Assembly (NCBI GenBank): GCA_022729235.1
Contig: JALDAJ010000001.1
Location: forward strand, 832,001-896,000
Source of the DNA: Candidatus Nanohalarchaeota archaeon
GTDB taxonomy: Archaea; Nanohalarchaeota; Nanosalinia; Nanosalinales; Nanosalinaceae
DNA length: 64,000 nucleotides
Direction: 5' to 3'
Position numbers and translations under genes: made by a program. Positions 20,201 to 28,915 of the stretch are shown one piece after another; the stretch's first letter is position 1; every line of letters begins with the position of its first letter. Below the pieces are notes generated by a model, which saw only the letters and a program-made list of their open reading frames with translations, was not told where the DNA came from and made no database searches.

Positions 20201-20942
20201 TAGACGTGTAAAGCTCAAGCAAGAACTTCAGGATAAATACGACCTCGAAGAATCAGACTTCGAGTTCGCTGAAGACTACTTTGAAACACAGCCAGAAGAC
20301 AGAGAACAACTATACACTGTCCTCAACGAAGACAATATTTCCGAAGCATCAGTCCTAGCCTTGATGCATATCTGGTACGAGAACTCAGATGCACCACTAA
20401 ACCGTGCCGAGCGAGAAGTATATTACACAAGCTCTCACAAGGACGAGGTCAACACTATCAACAGCGTCCGCCAAATCAATATCAGTAAGTATGAAGATAC
20501 AGAAAAGATTGACGAAGTTGATGAGACTCTGAAGAATGAGATTGAATTAATCACAGAAAAGGTCGATGAAAGAACTGGTGAGGCAGAGAAATCTCAGGTA
20601 GAGGGAGCTTACAAGGAAGGCGGAAAGAAATCAAAACAACAGGAAATGGTTCTGGAATACCTTGAAAGAAAAATCATACCTGAAGAAGACCACTTAGAAG
20701 AACAGGCACAGGAAATACTTAACAGACTGAAACATCCTAATCTGAAGAATACCGAGGAAGGCAGAGAGTTACGCAGCTTACTCGGCGACCAAGCCCTGAC
20801 CGATTGGGATACTCAAGAACTACTAAACGAACTTCAGGGATTTGTCGAGGAGTTCATCCAAGAATCACCTGAATACCAGTCAAAGCTAGCCAAGAAAAGC
20901 GAAGTCAACTCCGACACTCCCGTCTGGGCAGTAGTTCGCTGA
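17205..20942 (+). CDS. PLD-nuclease + SNF2-type helicase fusion
   Basis: IATGYF, FHAK...GSSNFS...NIE (PLD); DSVGLGKS, DEAH, TATP, SEGVNLQ, NYDLPWNP, QRVGRIDR. Confidence 0.9.
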   Translation: MVFLDPIIDNQEHSLRDTYKKLVRRSEEVRIATGYFYLSGFNLYKEDLEELADPEELGKSPIRIIMGRKTDRRTADELEEGFNLREQMEDDIHEDIEQLNNAQMDRLERLKDFIAEGLVDVRISNPDGGSFHAKGASFREPLTEGEKNVEDQDRRPVSVIVGSSNFSETGHTKNIELNLSSQDATKAAEFEGWFDNRWANSEEFNQELIEIIESNPKYQDWKEDQEETEGEESEELELGTFIEPFEYYKMLAYDALDGYVSDRHNSPLYHFQHRGYESAKAKLAKYDGAIISDSVGLGKSFIGAEILRDYRHNGLNALLIVPAHLTNQWEELLEEATDETGNKYFNLEVDDRHLEVMSITKFQNLEYERVQELREQFDAVLVDEAHRFRNSGRWKPGKEDYKGTRRYANLREFKDKKMIMLTATPLNNSAEDLKNLISLFTNEKDLRNIDGLDFDAFDEYIKLASKRKKMIREDEVDQQELQKILDQLADKAEEIGNILDSVMVLRTRKHVKEQLREEEDFDMNFKPPEVHKENYTLPDAYQPAYEVLPDIMNALHLPHITIRNPQGGSTLKALYKLNLLKRLESSPYAFIMSLQTLYESETKLLDILEDLPEDEKVRELQELQDEDKVVLEDFTQNEETAEGLQSTLEELGFDDSVARQGDDVVDDLEKAEVGDVIKFIREDLAMLSHFASQFVTGIAPQDEELNDLKHTTDNWLREKGLNKIPDVPPTKYDEVVYPGTDLEDAVEELEPFYNRIFDIQEFKDTKVDRLAKVLNKQDGKTIIFTQYRATADYIYDQLLDSDESPMTRENSAVVKGGDKNKQDVVKRFSPGSTGYQSTLDEEGENELDYVVATDTLSEGVNLQDVNTAINYDLPWNPMRIVQRVGRIDRIGSTADKHVHNFFPDEDLETAIKLLERLQAKIDDIALIVGKENNILDPNEDEVLDRAGVEKEKTIGEIELEEIQESVQKSREVEDINELDDTSQNALLRRTGKESEKEAFRRVKLKQELQDKYDLEESDFEFAEDYFETQPEDREQLYTVLNEDNISEASVLALMHIWYENSDAPLNRAEREVYYTSSHKDEVNTINSVRQINISKYEDTEKIDEVDETLKNEIELITEKVDERTGEAEKSQVEGAYKEGGKKSKQQEMVLEYLERKIIPEEDHLEEQAQEILNRLKHPNLKNTEEGRELRSLLGDQALTDWDTQELLNELQGFVEEFIQESPEYQSKLAKKSEVNSDTPVWAVVR

Positions 20943-20984
20943 CACACAGATAAAAATAAATTTATAGGAGGCTCATCCAAGCTT

Positions 20985-21401
20985 ATGTCAGATTACAAAG
21001 GACTCGTGTTTCCTCTCTACAGAGATATTATAGAGAGAGCTGTTGAACAGGATAAAGATGTCTTTGTCAAATTCTCTAGAAGGCAAATAGATGAGGGAGA
21101 AGAACTCTATCTCTATGAAAGCGGTGAAAACGGCAGAAGAAAAATTGTAGCTAAAGCTATCGTAACTGGTTCTCAACATCTTAAGCCTTCAGAAGTCAAA
21201 GAAAACTACAGTGATAGAGTCTTCCAAACAGAGGAAGAATTAGAGGACTACATCCGAGGTAGAGGAAACAAAGAAATGCTCGTTATAGAGTTAGAAGACT
21301 TACAATATCTAGACCACCCAGTTGAAGCACCTGGTAATCTAACAGTTGCGGGACTTTACCTCGACGATGAGAGATATGAGAAGCTAAAGAATAGTCTTTG
21401 A
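20985..21401 (+). CDS. PUA/ASCH-like (DUF365-type) protein
   Basis: VFVKF...G..LYLYES....IVAKA pattern. Confidence 0.65.
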   Translation: MSDYKGLVFPLYRDIIERAVEQDKDVFVKFSRRQIDEGEELYLYESGENGRRKIVAKAIVTGSQHLKPSEVKENYSDRVFQTEEELEDYIRGRGNKEMLVIELEDLQYLDHPVEAPGNLTVAGLYLDDERYEKLKNSL

Positions 21402-21453
21402 TTCTTGTTGTCTTTAGAAAACATTACAAGATTTTACATTAGAATTAATTGTT

Positions 21454-22527
21454 ATGGATGGCGGAAATCTCTGGTTCTATGATAATAGAAATGAAATACT
21501 AGGCATTTTACAGGATTTCAGCAACGAATATGGAAACTTTTACGCCACATTATTTGTCAAAGAACCAGGAATTGACCTTATTGAACCTTTAACAATTCTG
21601 GAGAAGAGAAGCAGAGTGTTTGGTTTTGAGGAGAAAGAAAGCTCTGACCTAGAGATATTTGAATTAAATTTTGAGAATGGTGAAGCGGAAGAATGTCCAA
21701 ACTGTGGAGAACTAATTCAAGAAGAAAGTAGTCCGAAGTTTCTGATGATAAGAGAAGATAATTTTGTCCTAGTGATATCAAACGCAAACAGTAAGGAATA
21801 TGAGGCAAGAATAAACTATCTCAACGCTCTATACCCGACACTTTCTCGAATATTCTTGCGTTCTGCGCAGATACAAGATATTCTAGATAGTAGCGAGGAA
21901 CAGCTGGAGCAGGACTGGAAAGTGACTGAATTTGTAGCGAAAAGACGATATGGGCAGGAAGTAAGCGTCCAAGAATATCCCAAAGGCAATATAGGAGTTG
22001 AAGAAGCATATAGGAGAGCAGAAGAGCGAGATACCTGGATAGATAATATGCACGTTAATTCTCTTGATAAAAGAGTTCGTCTTAGGCGAGACGGTATAAT
22101 TAATCTTTCTTTTACTAACGCCGAAGATATACTATCACTGGTATTTAACCAGATAAGAGAGGAAGTTAAAGAAGACTATGAAGTTCTTGCGTCAGAAGAA
22201 ATCTTAGAACAAGAAGACGCAGCCATCGAACTCTCCCTAGAGCGAGATTACTTTACTGATATAGAAAGCTCTCAAGCTATTAAGAAAGAGCTAAACCAAG
22301 TTGAACAAGTGGACATTTTCCCATTAACGCAGGACAGTGAACAACCTGAATATTACCTGAAGGACTACTCAACAGGCAGTGTAACAAAAATAATTGTAAC
22401 AGGTCAAGACAAGCTGTTCATATCGCCTGAACTGTATCCTTCAGCGGTATCCATCTACAAAATCCTGACAAAAATATCCGACGTAGTAGAGGGTGAAATA
22501 AATGTCACAAAAACTCAGACGGTATAA
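21454..22527 (+). CDS. hypothetical protein
   Basis: 357-aa ORF overlapping the next gene. Confidence 0.75.
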   Translation: MDGGNLWFYDNRNEILGILQDFSNEYGNFYATLFVKEPGIDLIEPLTILEKRSRVFGFEEKESSDLEIFELNFENGEAEECPNCGELIQEESSPKFLMIREDNFVLVISNANSKEYEARINYLNALYPTLSRIFLRSAQIQDILDSSEEQLEQDWKVTEFVAKRRYGQEVSVQEYPKGNIGVEEAYRRAEERDTWIDNMHVNSLDKRVRLRRDGIINLSFTNAEDILSLVFNQIREEVKEDYEVLASEEILEQEDAAIELSLERDYFTDIESSQAIKKELNQVEQVDIFPLTQDSEQPEYYLKDYSTGSVTKIIVTGQDKLFISPELYPSAVSIYKILTKISDVVEGEINVTKTQTV

Positions 22528-23617
22528 AGACAGAATCAACGACTATAGAGCCTCAGTATATGCCTCAGTCTTCCTCCGAAATCTGATTGAGGAAGAATGG
22601 AATCTAAACTACACCTTCCACTTTGGAGGCAACATAGATGGCTCTAGAAATGACTCTCCAGACTTTGTCCTTGAATCAGAGAATCAAGAAAACAGGGATA
22701 TTTTGGGTGACCTAAAGAAAAGTATCTGTAGAAAAGACCTTTCTGACGATGCCACGCCAAGCGACCTAGTTAAAGAGCACGGAGAAGATAAGCTCTTGAA
22801 CGAGATTTGTGGAGACCTAGAAAAAGATGCGGATAAATACTCTGATTCCTTCGACCATATTTCCGACCCGCACGACTTATTTTTCTTCTACAGGAACAAA
22901 TACAACCGAATTCCAAGAGTCTGGAATAAAGTGTCAGAACTCCCTGAAGAAAGACAAGTAGCAGGTATTTCCTACGAAGTTACCCAAGGCAGGCAGAAGT
23001 CACTTCAGATAGACCTTGACTTCGGTGGATTCTCGAATGATAAACTTAATGATAAGATAGAGTTCAGCAATACCGAGTTTGTCTACGAAAAAATACCTGA
23101 GATAATTCTAGAAGATGAAATAGTAATAGTGGAAGAAAACGACTCCGCACCACTCGGTTACTTGATATTTGTTCTATGGACTGTAGTATTCGATAAATTA
23201 GAAAGCAAAGAGAAAGATGAATTGATACTGGACAGATTTGAGAGGGAGAAAACAGGCGAAATCACTGAGATGAAGGTTGACCTAGAAGAACTTATTGACC
23301 TACTCAACGAAGAATACAAGCTACCTTTCTTTGAAACACATCCTTCAGGAGGTACAAGACACCAGTTCTCTGACAAACAAGTAGAAGAAGCACTAGATGC
23401 GATGGCAGCTATGGATAACTTAGGTGTCGAGAAAATTGATGGAGAAAGAATCACTTACCGCATAGAATACGGCGTGATTTCTAAAGGAAAACAAGACGCA
23501 CTAGAAACAATAATTGAATATATGCAGGAAGAAGGAATTGGACAGTTCGAATCAGAAGATGAAGGACAAACTGCAGTAGTTCAGAAAGGACTTTCTAAGT
23601 TTGAGGGAGAAAAATGA
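22502..23617 (+). CDS. hypothetical protein, possible PD-(D/E)XK nuclease
   Basis: SPDFVLES...ILGDLKKS resembles PD...(D/E)xK. Confidence 0.5.
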   Translation: MSQKLRRYKDRINDYRASVYASVFLRNLIEEEWNLNYTFHFGGNIDGSRNDSPDFVLESENQENRDILGDLKKSICRKDLSDDATPSDLVKEHGEDKLLNEICGDLEKDADKYSDSFDHISDPHDLFFFYRNKYNRIPRVWNKVSELPEERQVAGISYEVTQGRQKSLQIDLDFGGFSNDKLNDKIEFSNTEFVYEKIPEIILEDEIVIVEENDSAPLGYLIFVLWTVVFDKLESKEKDELILDRFEREKTGEITEMKVDLEELIDLLNEEYKLPFFETHPSGGTRHQFSDKQVEEALDAMAAMDNLGVEKIDGERITYRIEYGVISKGKQDALETIIEYMQEEGIGQFESEDEGQTAVVQKGLSKFEGEK

Positions 23618-23901
23618 ATTACTGTCCTTATTGCGGTGAAGAACTTATAGAAGACGCTTCTTTCTGTCAGGAATGCGGTAGTAACATTAAGAAACAGTCC
23701 GCCAATTCTGAGGAAAAAACTAACATCCTACAAACGGAAGAAGAGATAAAGCAGGCGGCTAGAGATGCGGTTGAGAAATACGATATGACCAGAGAACATA
23801 TCACAGAGGAAATGATTATGCATTATTTCTTGATGCAGCAAATCATACAGAAAGAAGCAGAGGAAGAAGTAGAAAAAGAACTCAATACGGATTTAGGTTA
23901 A
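23614..23901 (+). CDS. zinc-ribbon protein
   Basis: YCPYCG...ASFCQECG. Confidence 0.75.
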   Translation: MNYCPYCGEELIEDASFCQECGSNIKKQSANSEEKTNILQTEEEIKQAARDAVEKYDMTREHITEEMIMHYFLMQQIIQKEAEEEVEKELNTDLG

Positions 23902-24093
23902 GGCTCGCTTCAAGTGTTCTTGCTTTACAGTCTCATAGTCTTCTTCCTGAGCAACTGCTATTGCTTCTTCAGCTACATCCCCTGCAAATCTTTCCAATAT
24001 CTCGATTAGCTCTTTAGATGCATCTTTGCTGACACGCTTGTTACCTTGTTTCTTAATAATTCGTTTCCCTGCAGATATAGAGAATTCTGACAT
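23893..24093 (-). CDS. HMf-like archaeal histone (66 aa), element-borne
   Basis: MSEFSISAGKRIIKKQGNKRVSKDA...TVKQEHL matches the HMfA/B fold; start re-assigned to ATG at 24093. Confidence 0.85.
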   Translation of the reverse strand: MSEFSISAGKRIIKKQGNKRVSKDASKELIEILERFAGDVAEEAIAVAQEEDYETVKQEHLKRALT

Positions 24094-24221
24094 ATTTATT
24101 AGCTCTAAATCTGGTTTTTTATAGACTTTGTTAAGTAAAAATGTCAATTGATAGAGGTTTCTTGAATTAGAAATAGGTTTAACTTTTTCACCCAAATTAC
24201 CTTTTCAGAGGTTAATGTAGA

Positions 24222-24614
24222 ATGGTCGACCGTAATATACCTCCTGGCGATTCTTTATCACAGGAAAATCGCTATGGAGGGTTACATCTTGGCAATATAA
24301 TGTTTTTCAGTCAAGACCTTACAGAACAAGTTTCAGATGTTAAAGAACAGCTGAAAGATATTCGAGATAAAGATATTTCGAAAAAAGAGCAATTTAAGAG
24401 GGAAAGAAATGCGCTTCTAGAATTCAAAGAAACAGTTGGGAAACGTAGCGGACAAATTTCAGAAAAGGCGGATAAGATACGGAAACACTTGCCTGATGAG
24501 ATGACAGACTATGCAGAAGATGTAAAGAATTCGAAAGAATTCGCAAGAGAAGAACCTGATAAAGAAGAATATGACCTTAGCTTCAACAAGGGAAATGAAG
24601 TGGAGGATGAATAA
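24222..24614 (+). CDS. hypothetical helical protein upstream of nurA-like gene
   Basis: 130-aa charged ORF, 3 nt before the next start. Confidence 0.6.
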   Translation: MVDRNIPPGDSLSQENRYGGLHLGNIMFFSQDLTEQVSDVKEQLKDIRDKDISKKEQFKRERNALLEFKETVGKRSGQISEKADKIRKHLPDEMTDYAEDVKNSKEFAREEPDKEEYDLSFNKGNEVEDE

Positions 24615-24617
24615 ATT

Positions 24618-25379
24618 ATGGAGGAAAACTGGATTGTAAACTCTGAAGAAGAATGGGAGGTAACTGAACTAGAACCTGGAGAATTCCAAGCTGAATATGT
24701 TTTCCTTGACGGCTCACAAGTAGACCTTACAAATCGAGAGCCTTCCAGAGGGAAAATATTCATCTCATACTTAGTGATGGATGGACTTGAACCTGTGGAA
24801 TCAGAAATTCTGAAGAATACGGTAGATGTTTCTGCAACTCAGGACATAAATGACAAGATGACACGTGGAGAACGAATTATCGCAGAAGACCTGGCACACG
24901 AAGAAGATAACAGAGTTGTATTCTTTGATGGTATTAGACCACCCACGTGGGGAGAAAGAGGGGAATTCCCATTCGTTTCGCTCATTAAAGATTCCGCAAC
25001 AAACAGGCACTATAAAGGAAAAGGGCTCATACCAGAACTAACAGACAAGTATTCGAACCCTGTAATGATAGAAAACATCTATCAGGAAGACAGCATACCT
25101 GACAACATTAGCAGAACGGGTCAGGAAGTCATCTTCGTCAAATTCACGCCACTCACGCCCGCATTCAAAATAGTTTATGGCGGAGGAATAGACGACATAC
25201 AAGCGCATCTAGAAGGATTAATGCGCTACTGCCGAAACAGATTCAAACCAGGTTATCCGTTACCTAGCTATATTGTTCATAAAACAGCAGGAAAGAATCC
25301 TGAAGCACAAGCACATCGAAATAATACAATCCTTCCTGAAAACTCTCACGACGCCTATATGAAACTATTAAGAGGTTGA
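24618..25379 (+). CDS. compact NurA-family nuclease
   Basis: FLDGS, E in GERIIA, FFDG, LIKDS, GYPLPSYIVH; directly upstream of HerA. Confidence 0.75.
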   Translation: MEENWIVNSEEEWEVTELEPGEFQAEYVFLDGSQVDLTNREPSRGKIFISYLVMDGLEPVESEILKNTVDVSATQDINDKMTRGERIIAEDLAHEEDNRVVFFDGIRPPTWGERGEFPFVSLIKDSATNRHYKGKGLIPELTDKYSNPVMIENIYQEDSIPDNISRTGQEVIFVKFTPLTPAFKIVYGGGIDDIQAHLEGLMRYCRNRFKPGYPLPSYIVHKTAGKNPEAQAHRNNTILPENSHDAYMKLLRG

Positions 25380-26989
25380 ATACTATGCAAAGAGAAGATT
25401 TTGAAGCCATAAACTTTGAAGATGAGGAAATACCCGCAGAGGTAATCAAAATCAAAGACGGCAGAAGAATAACTGTTGCTAAAGGCGACCAGATGGAGAT
25501 GGGGAGCTTCAAAGTAGTAGAAGACCCGAAAGGAGACTACCTAATCAAAGTCATAGAACCTGTCAAGTCAGATGGAGATGCTGAATCACATTATCAGTTC
25601 CAAAAATTCGGATTCCCGACCTTTGAACCTTGGAATCATAAATGCAGTATAGTCGGAAAAGTAGAAGACGGAGAAGTCAAAGGATACGATAAAAAACCAG
25701 AAAAAGGAAGTCCTGTACTAGACAAACTTGACGGAGACATCTTCGACTACACAGAACCATACTTCGGAGAACTCGCCACCGACGATATACAGGTAGGTAT
25801 TCCGCAGGAAGCAATCAACCTTCACTTCTCAATCTTCGGAGGAAGCGGAAAAGGAAAAACCAACACCGCCTGCGTTATCATATCCCAACTTCACGGATTC
25901 CAACAAGCAGTACCTATCGTAATCGAAAACAAGAACAGCCTAGTAGACGACCTAATCAAGCACTACTACAGCAAAAGCGATAACGACGAATACCAAGTCC
26001 TGACAGCCAACGAAGCAAACTACGAAAACTTCAAGGACTACGGAGTTCCCAGCAACCAGATAAGGAAACTATTGATAGACCCTAACGACCTCGACCTAGA
26101 CACATTCCGACTTCTAGTAAGAAACTTCGATAGAGAAAGCACTTACGCCAACGTCATACAAGATTACTACTACGAACATAGGCAGGACAACTGGTTCGAC
26201 ACCTTGGAAGACGAAATAGAAGACGGAGAACTTGATGTAGCGGAAGCAACAGAGGACGCTATCAGGCGCAGAGTGAACAGCGTTAGAAGAAAAAGCTTTA
26301 TCGCTGACAGAGATGAAGACGGAATAGAAATCTTCGACGTAGCCAAGCACACAGTGAATGAGGAGGAAGCACTTATCGTGGATGTATCCAGTGCAGGAGA
26401 CAGAGTTATGAAAGCAGTTGGAATGCTTGTAGCCAACAAACTTGCCTCTGTATGCGACAGAAGAAGAGTTGAGTCCGACAATATGGATGACGAAGTACCG
26501 TTCATCCTGGCGATGGACGAGGCGCACAACTGGATAGGGAAAGGAGAAGACACAGAACATATCTTCAGAAGATTCATCAAGGAACAGCGTCAGAACAAGC
26601 TTGGATTCCTGTTTATCACGCAGGAAGGAAGCAACCTAGATACACCGTTCTTCAACAACGTAGGAACTATAATCACTCACACGATGAAAGGAGATGAAGC
26701 CAGCCACGTAGCATCAAATATGTCCACAGATACAGAGAAAGGAGAAATAGAAACACTAGAGAAAGGAACTGCTATCGTAGAAGACTCCACCGAGCATAGC
26801 AAGGTAGACGCTTCCCTAAAAGTTGAAGTCTTCGGTGCTTTCGAAGACTGGGTATGGAACGCAGAACTCTACGAATGCAGTGACTGCGGAGAAAAAAAGG
26901 CATTAAACGAATTGCGCCAGCCCCGTGAAACTCCAAAATGTAAAAGTTGCAATACTACGGCAGAAGACTTTGTAGAGCAACAGGTCTAG
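25376..26989 (+). CDS. HerA/FtsK-family ATPase with C-terminal zinc ribbon
   Basis: HFSIFGGSGKGKT, MDEAH, EQR, ITQ; CSDC...CKSC. Confidence 0.88.
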   Translation: MNTMQREDFEAINFEDEEIPAEVIKIKDGRRITVAKGDQMEMGSFKVVEDPKGDYLIKVIEPVKSDGDAESHYQFQKFGFPTFEPWNHKCSIVGKVEDGEVKGYDKKPEKGSPVLDKLDGDIFDYTEPYFGELATDDIQVGIPQEAINLHFSIFGGSGKGKTNTACVIISQLHGFQQAVPIVIENKNSLVDDLIKHYYSKSDNDEYQVLTANEANYENFKDYGVPSNQIRKLLIDPNDLDLDTFRLLVRNFDRESTYANVIQDYYYEHRQDNWFDTLEDEIEDGELDVAEATEDAIRRRVNSVRRKSFIADRDEDGIEIFDVAKHTVNEEEALIVDVSSAGDRVMKAVGMLVANKLASVCDRRRVESDNMDDEVPFILAMDEAHNWIGKGEDTEHIFRRFIKEQRQNKLGFLFITQEGSNLDTPFFNNVGTIITHTMKGDEASHVASNMSTDTEKGEIETLEKGTAIVEDSTEHSKVDASLKVEVFGAFEDWVWNAELYECSDCGEKKALNELRQPRETPKCKSCNTTAEDFVEQQV

Positions 26990-26992
26990 AGA

Positions 26993-27754
26993 ATGAAAAT
27001 TAACTTGTTTGGAGTTAGTCACGTAGCTCAGAAAAGTGAAATGCAGGAACAGCTAGAGGATTATATTGAAGATAAAGAGCTTGACGCAATTTTTATTGAA
27101 AGACTGGATGAAGAGCCTGGTATTAAGGAAAAGTTGAAGGCATCTTTGATGAATCCGTCTCTTATGCTTTTCAAGTATCTATACAAGCACATAGGAGATT
27201 TACTGGTTTTCCTCAAGAATCTAACTAGGAGACGAGAGATAAACTGGACTAGAGATGACGGACGAATAGCTAAAGAACTCAGTAATGAGTTAAATATTCC
27301 ATTATATAATGTTGATAAGTCGATTGAAAAATCTATACTTGATGAAGGCTGGATTTGGACAGCATTAAGCTGGACAGTCTTTCTAGCCCTCTCAGCACAG
27401 ATATTCCAGTTCGGCTACCTAATATTTGTAGGAGAATTTTACAGTATACTTGGTCTAGGCGCAGAAATCTTCGGACTAATAGCCTCCCTGTTTTTCGCAG
27501 TATCAATCCTAATCGCATTTCCATTCATAATAGCCGAAGTAGACTCCAGAAACATCTATATGCTGAACAACTTACAGGAAATATCCGAAGAAAATGATTA
27601 CGAAAATGTATTGATGATAACTGGTAGAAAACACGTAGAAGGGTTTGAAACACTGATACAAATGACACCAGATAGTTGCAGTTCAGAGAATTATACAAGG
27701 AAATCGTTAAGACAAAGGATTCAGAGTAGAGTAGGAGGTATTGCTAGTAGATGA
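26993..27754 (+). CDS. TraB/PrgY-like membrane protein
   Basis: GVSHV, IFIE, RNIYM, TGRKHVEG; two hydrophobic helices. Confidence 0.6.
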   Translation: MKINLFGVSHVAQKSEMQEQLEDYIEDKELDAIFIERLDEEPGIKEKLKASLMNPSLMLFKYLYKHIGDLLVFLKNLTRRREINWTRDDGRIAKELSNELNIPLYNVDKSIEKSILDEGWIWTALSWTVFLALSAQIFQFGYLIFVGEFYSILGLGAEIFGLIASLFFAVSILIAFPFIIAEVDSRNIYMLNNLQEISEENDYENVLMITGRKHVEGFETLIQMTPDSCSSENYTRKSLRQRIQSRVGGIASR

Positions 27755-28014
27755 ATTCAGAAATGGATTACTGCCCTAGCTGTGGCGGGGATGTGTTAGA
27801 TGAAGCAAGTTACTGTCATTCTTGTGGGGAGAAACTTGAAGATTTTAACACAGACTCCCACGACAGCAGTAGTGAGGAGAAGGAAGATGACCAAGAGAAT
27901 GAGAAATTGAAGGAATTGGAAAGTCTTCTTCAAGAGAACCCTGAATTGTATGATACCTTGACAAATATCGAGCAAAGGATAATAGACGCACTTGGAGTTA
28001 ATCCAAATAACTAA
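27751..28014 (+). CDS. zinc-ribbon protein
   Basis: YCPSCG...ASYCHSCG. Confidence 0.75.
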   Translation: MNSEMDYCPSCGGDVLDEASYCHSCGEKLEDFNTDSHDSSSEEKEDDQENEKLKELESLLQENPELYDTLTNIEQRIIDALGVNPNN

Positions 28015-28056
28015 AACTCCAATTATCGCCTTTAAAATCTCAATATTGCCTGTCTG

Positions 28057-28857
28057 CTAAATCCTCTGATACCCTTCTTCGTTTTGGAAAACTTCTCCTT
28101 CTCTCGCTAGTTCATTTAATGCGGTTTCCGCCATCTTCACTGTGACTCCTTTTTCCTTTACTTTTTCAGCGATTTCTCCAGGGGTGAACCCTGAGTCTTC
28201 AGAAGAATCGGGTAGGGCTTGTTTCACTATATTCTTGACTGGCGGTGTTTTCTCGACTTTCTTGTAATTATAGGCTTCGTCTTTAGTGAAGTCTTTGATT
28301 CCGCCATAATCGTATTTCTGCTTGTCCCATTTCATATTGAAGAGTGCTTCATAGGCAACTTCGTTAAGTGCCTTGTGTCTTCTCCAGCGAAGAGCTGATA
28401 GTAGCCAGTGCGCAGGTGAGGTCGTTTCTATGTTATCTTCTATTTTCTCAGAGTTCAGAATTATTTCCAACCCTTCAAACAAGACTTTTTCCAGTTTCCA
28501 GTATCCACATTTTTGCGGTAGTATATGTTCGATATAGGATTCTAGGAATTCTCTTACCCATTTTTCGTTGTCGATTAGGGATTCTACTACGACTTCTGAG
28601 TTTGCTTCGTGTTTAAGTTCTTGGTATATGAAGTCGGCGATTCTCTCAGTGTTTACTCGGTAATATGTTGGGTTTTCTCCGAGAATTGGTTCGATGAATT
28701 TGACTTTTTCTAGTTTTTGAACTACTCTATCTACTGATGTTTGGTGTTTATCCAGTTTTTTAGATAGTTCTGAGGTATAGGAGGGTTGTTTTGCTAATTC
28801 GTGTAGAATTTTGGTGGCAAGAGGTGATTCTAGAGGCGCAGTACTAGATTCAGACAT
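28057..28857 (-). CDS. ArsR-like wHTH regulator with second C-terminal wHTH
   Basis: KILHELAKQPSYTSELSKKLDKHQTSVDRVVQKLE; C-terminal TPGEIAE...ALNELAREGEV. Confidence 0.75.
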   Translation of the reverse strand: MSESSTAPLESPLATKILHELAKQPSYTSELSKKLDKHQTSVDRVVQKLEKVKFIEPILGENPTYYRVNTERIADFIYQELKHEANSEVVVESLIDNEKWVREFLESYIEHILPQKCGYWKLEKVLFEGLEIILNSEKIEDNIETTSPAHWLLSALRWRRHKALNEVAYEALFNMKWDKQKYDYGGIKDFTKDEAYNYKKVEKTPPVKNIVKQALPDSSEDSGFTPGEIAEKVKEKGVTVKMAETALNELAREGEVFQNEEGYQRI

Positions 28858-28879
28858 ACTACCACATAGGTGTGGTAGT
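28858..28879. promoter_or_regulatory. palindromic operator abutting the regulator start codon
   Basis: ACTACCACA-N4-TGTGGTAGT between a TATA-like TTTAAG and the ATG. Confidence 0.6.
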
Positions 28880-28915
28880 CTTAAATTTGTTTTGTGAGGG
28901 ATATTGAAGAAACCG

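Noticed and set aside
13600-20942. Call as BREX or DISARM
   Set aside because: No PglZ/BrxC or DrmA/DrmB-like genes recognised.
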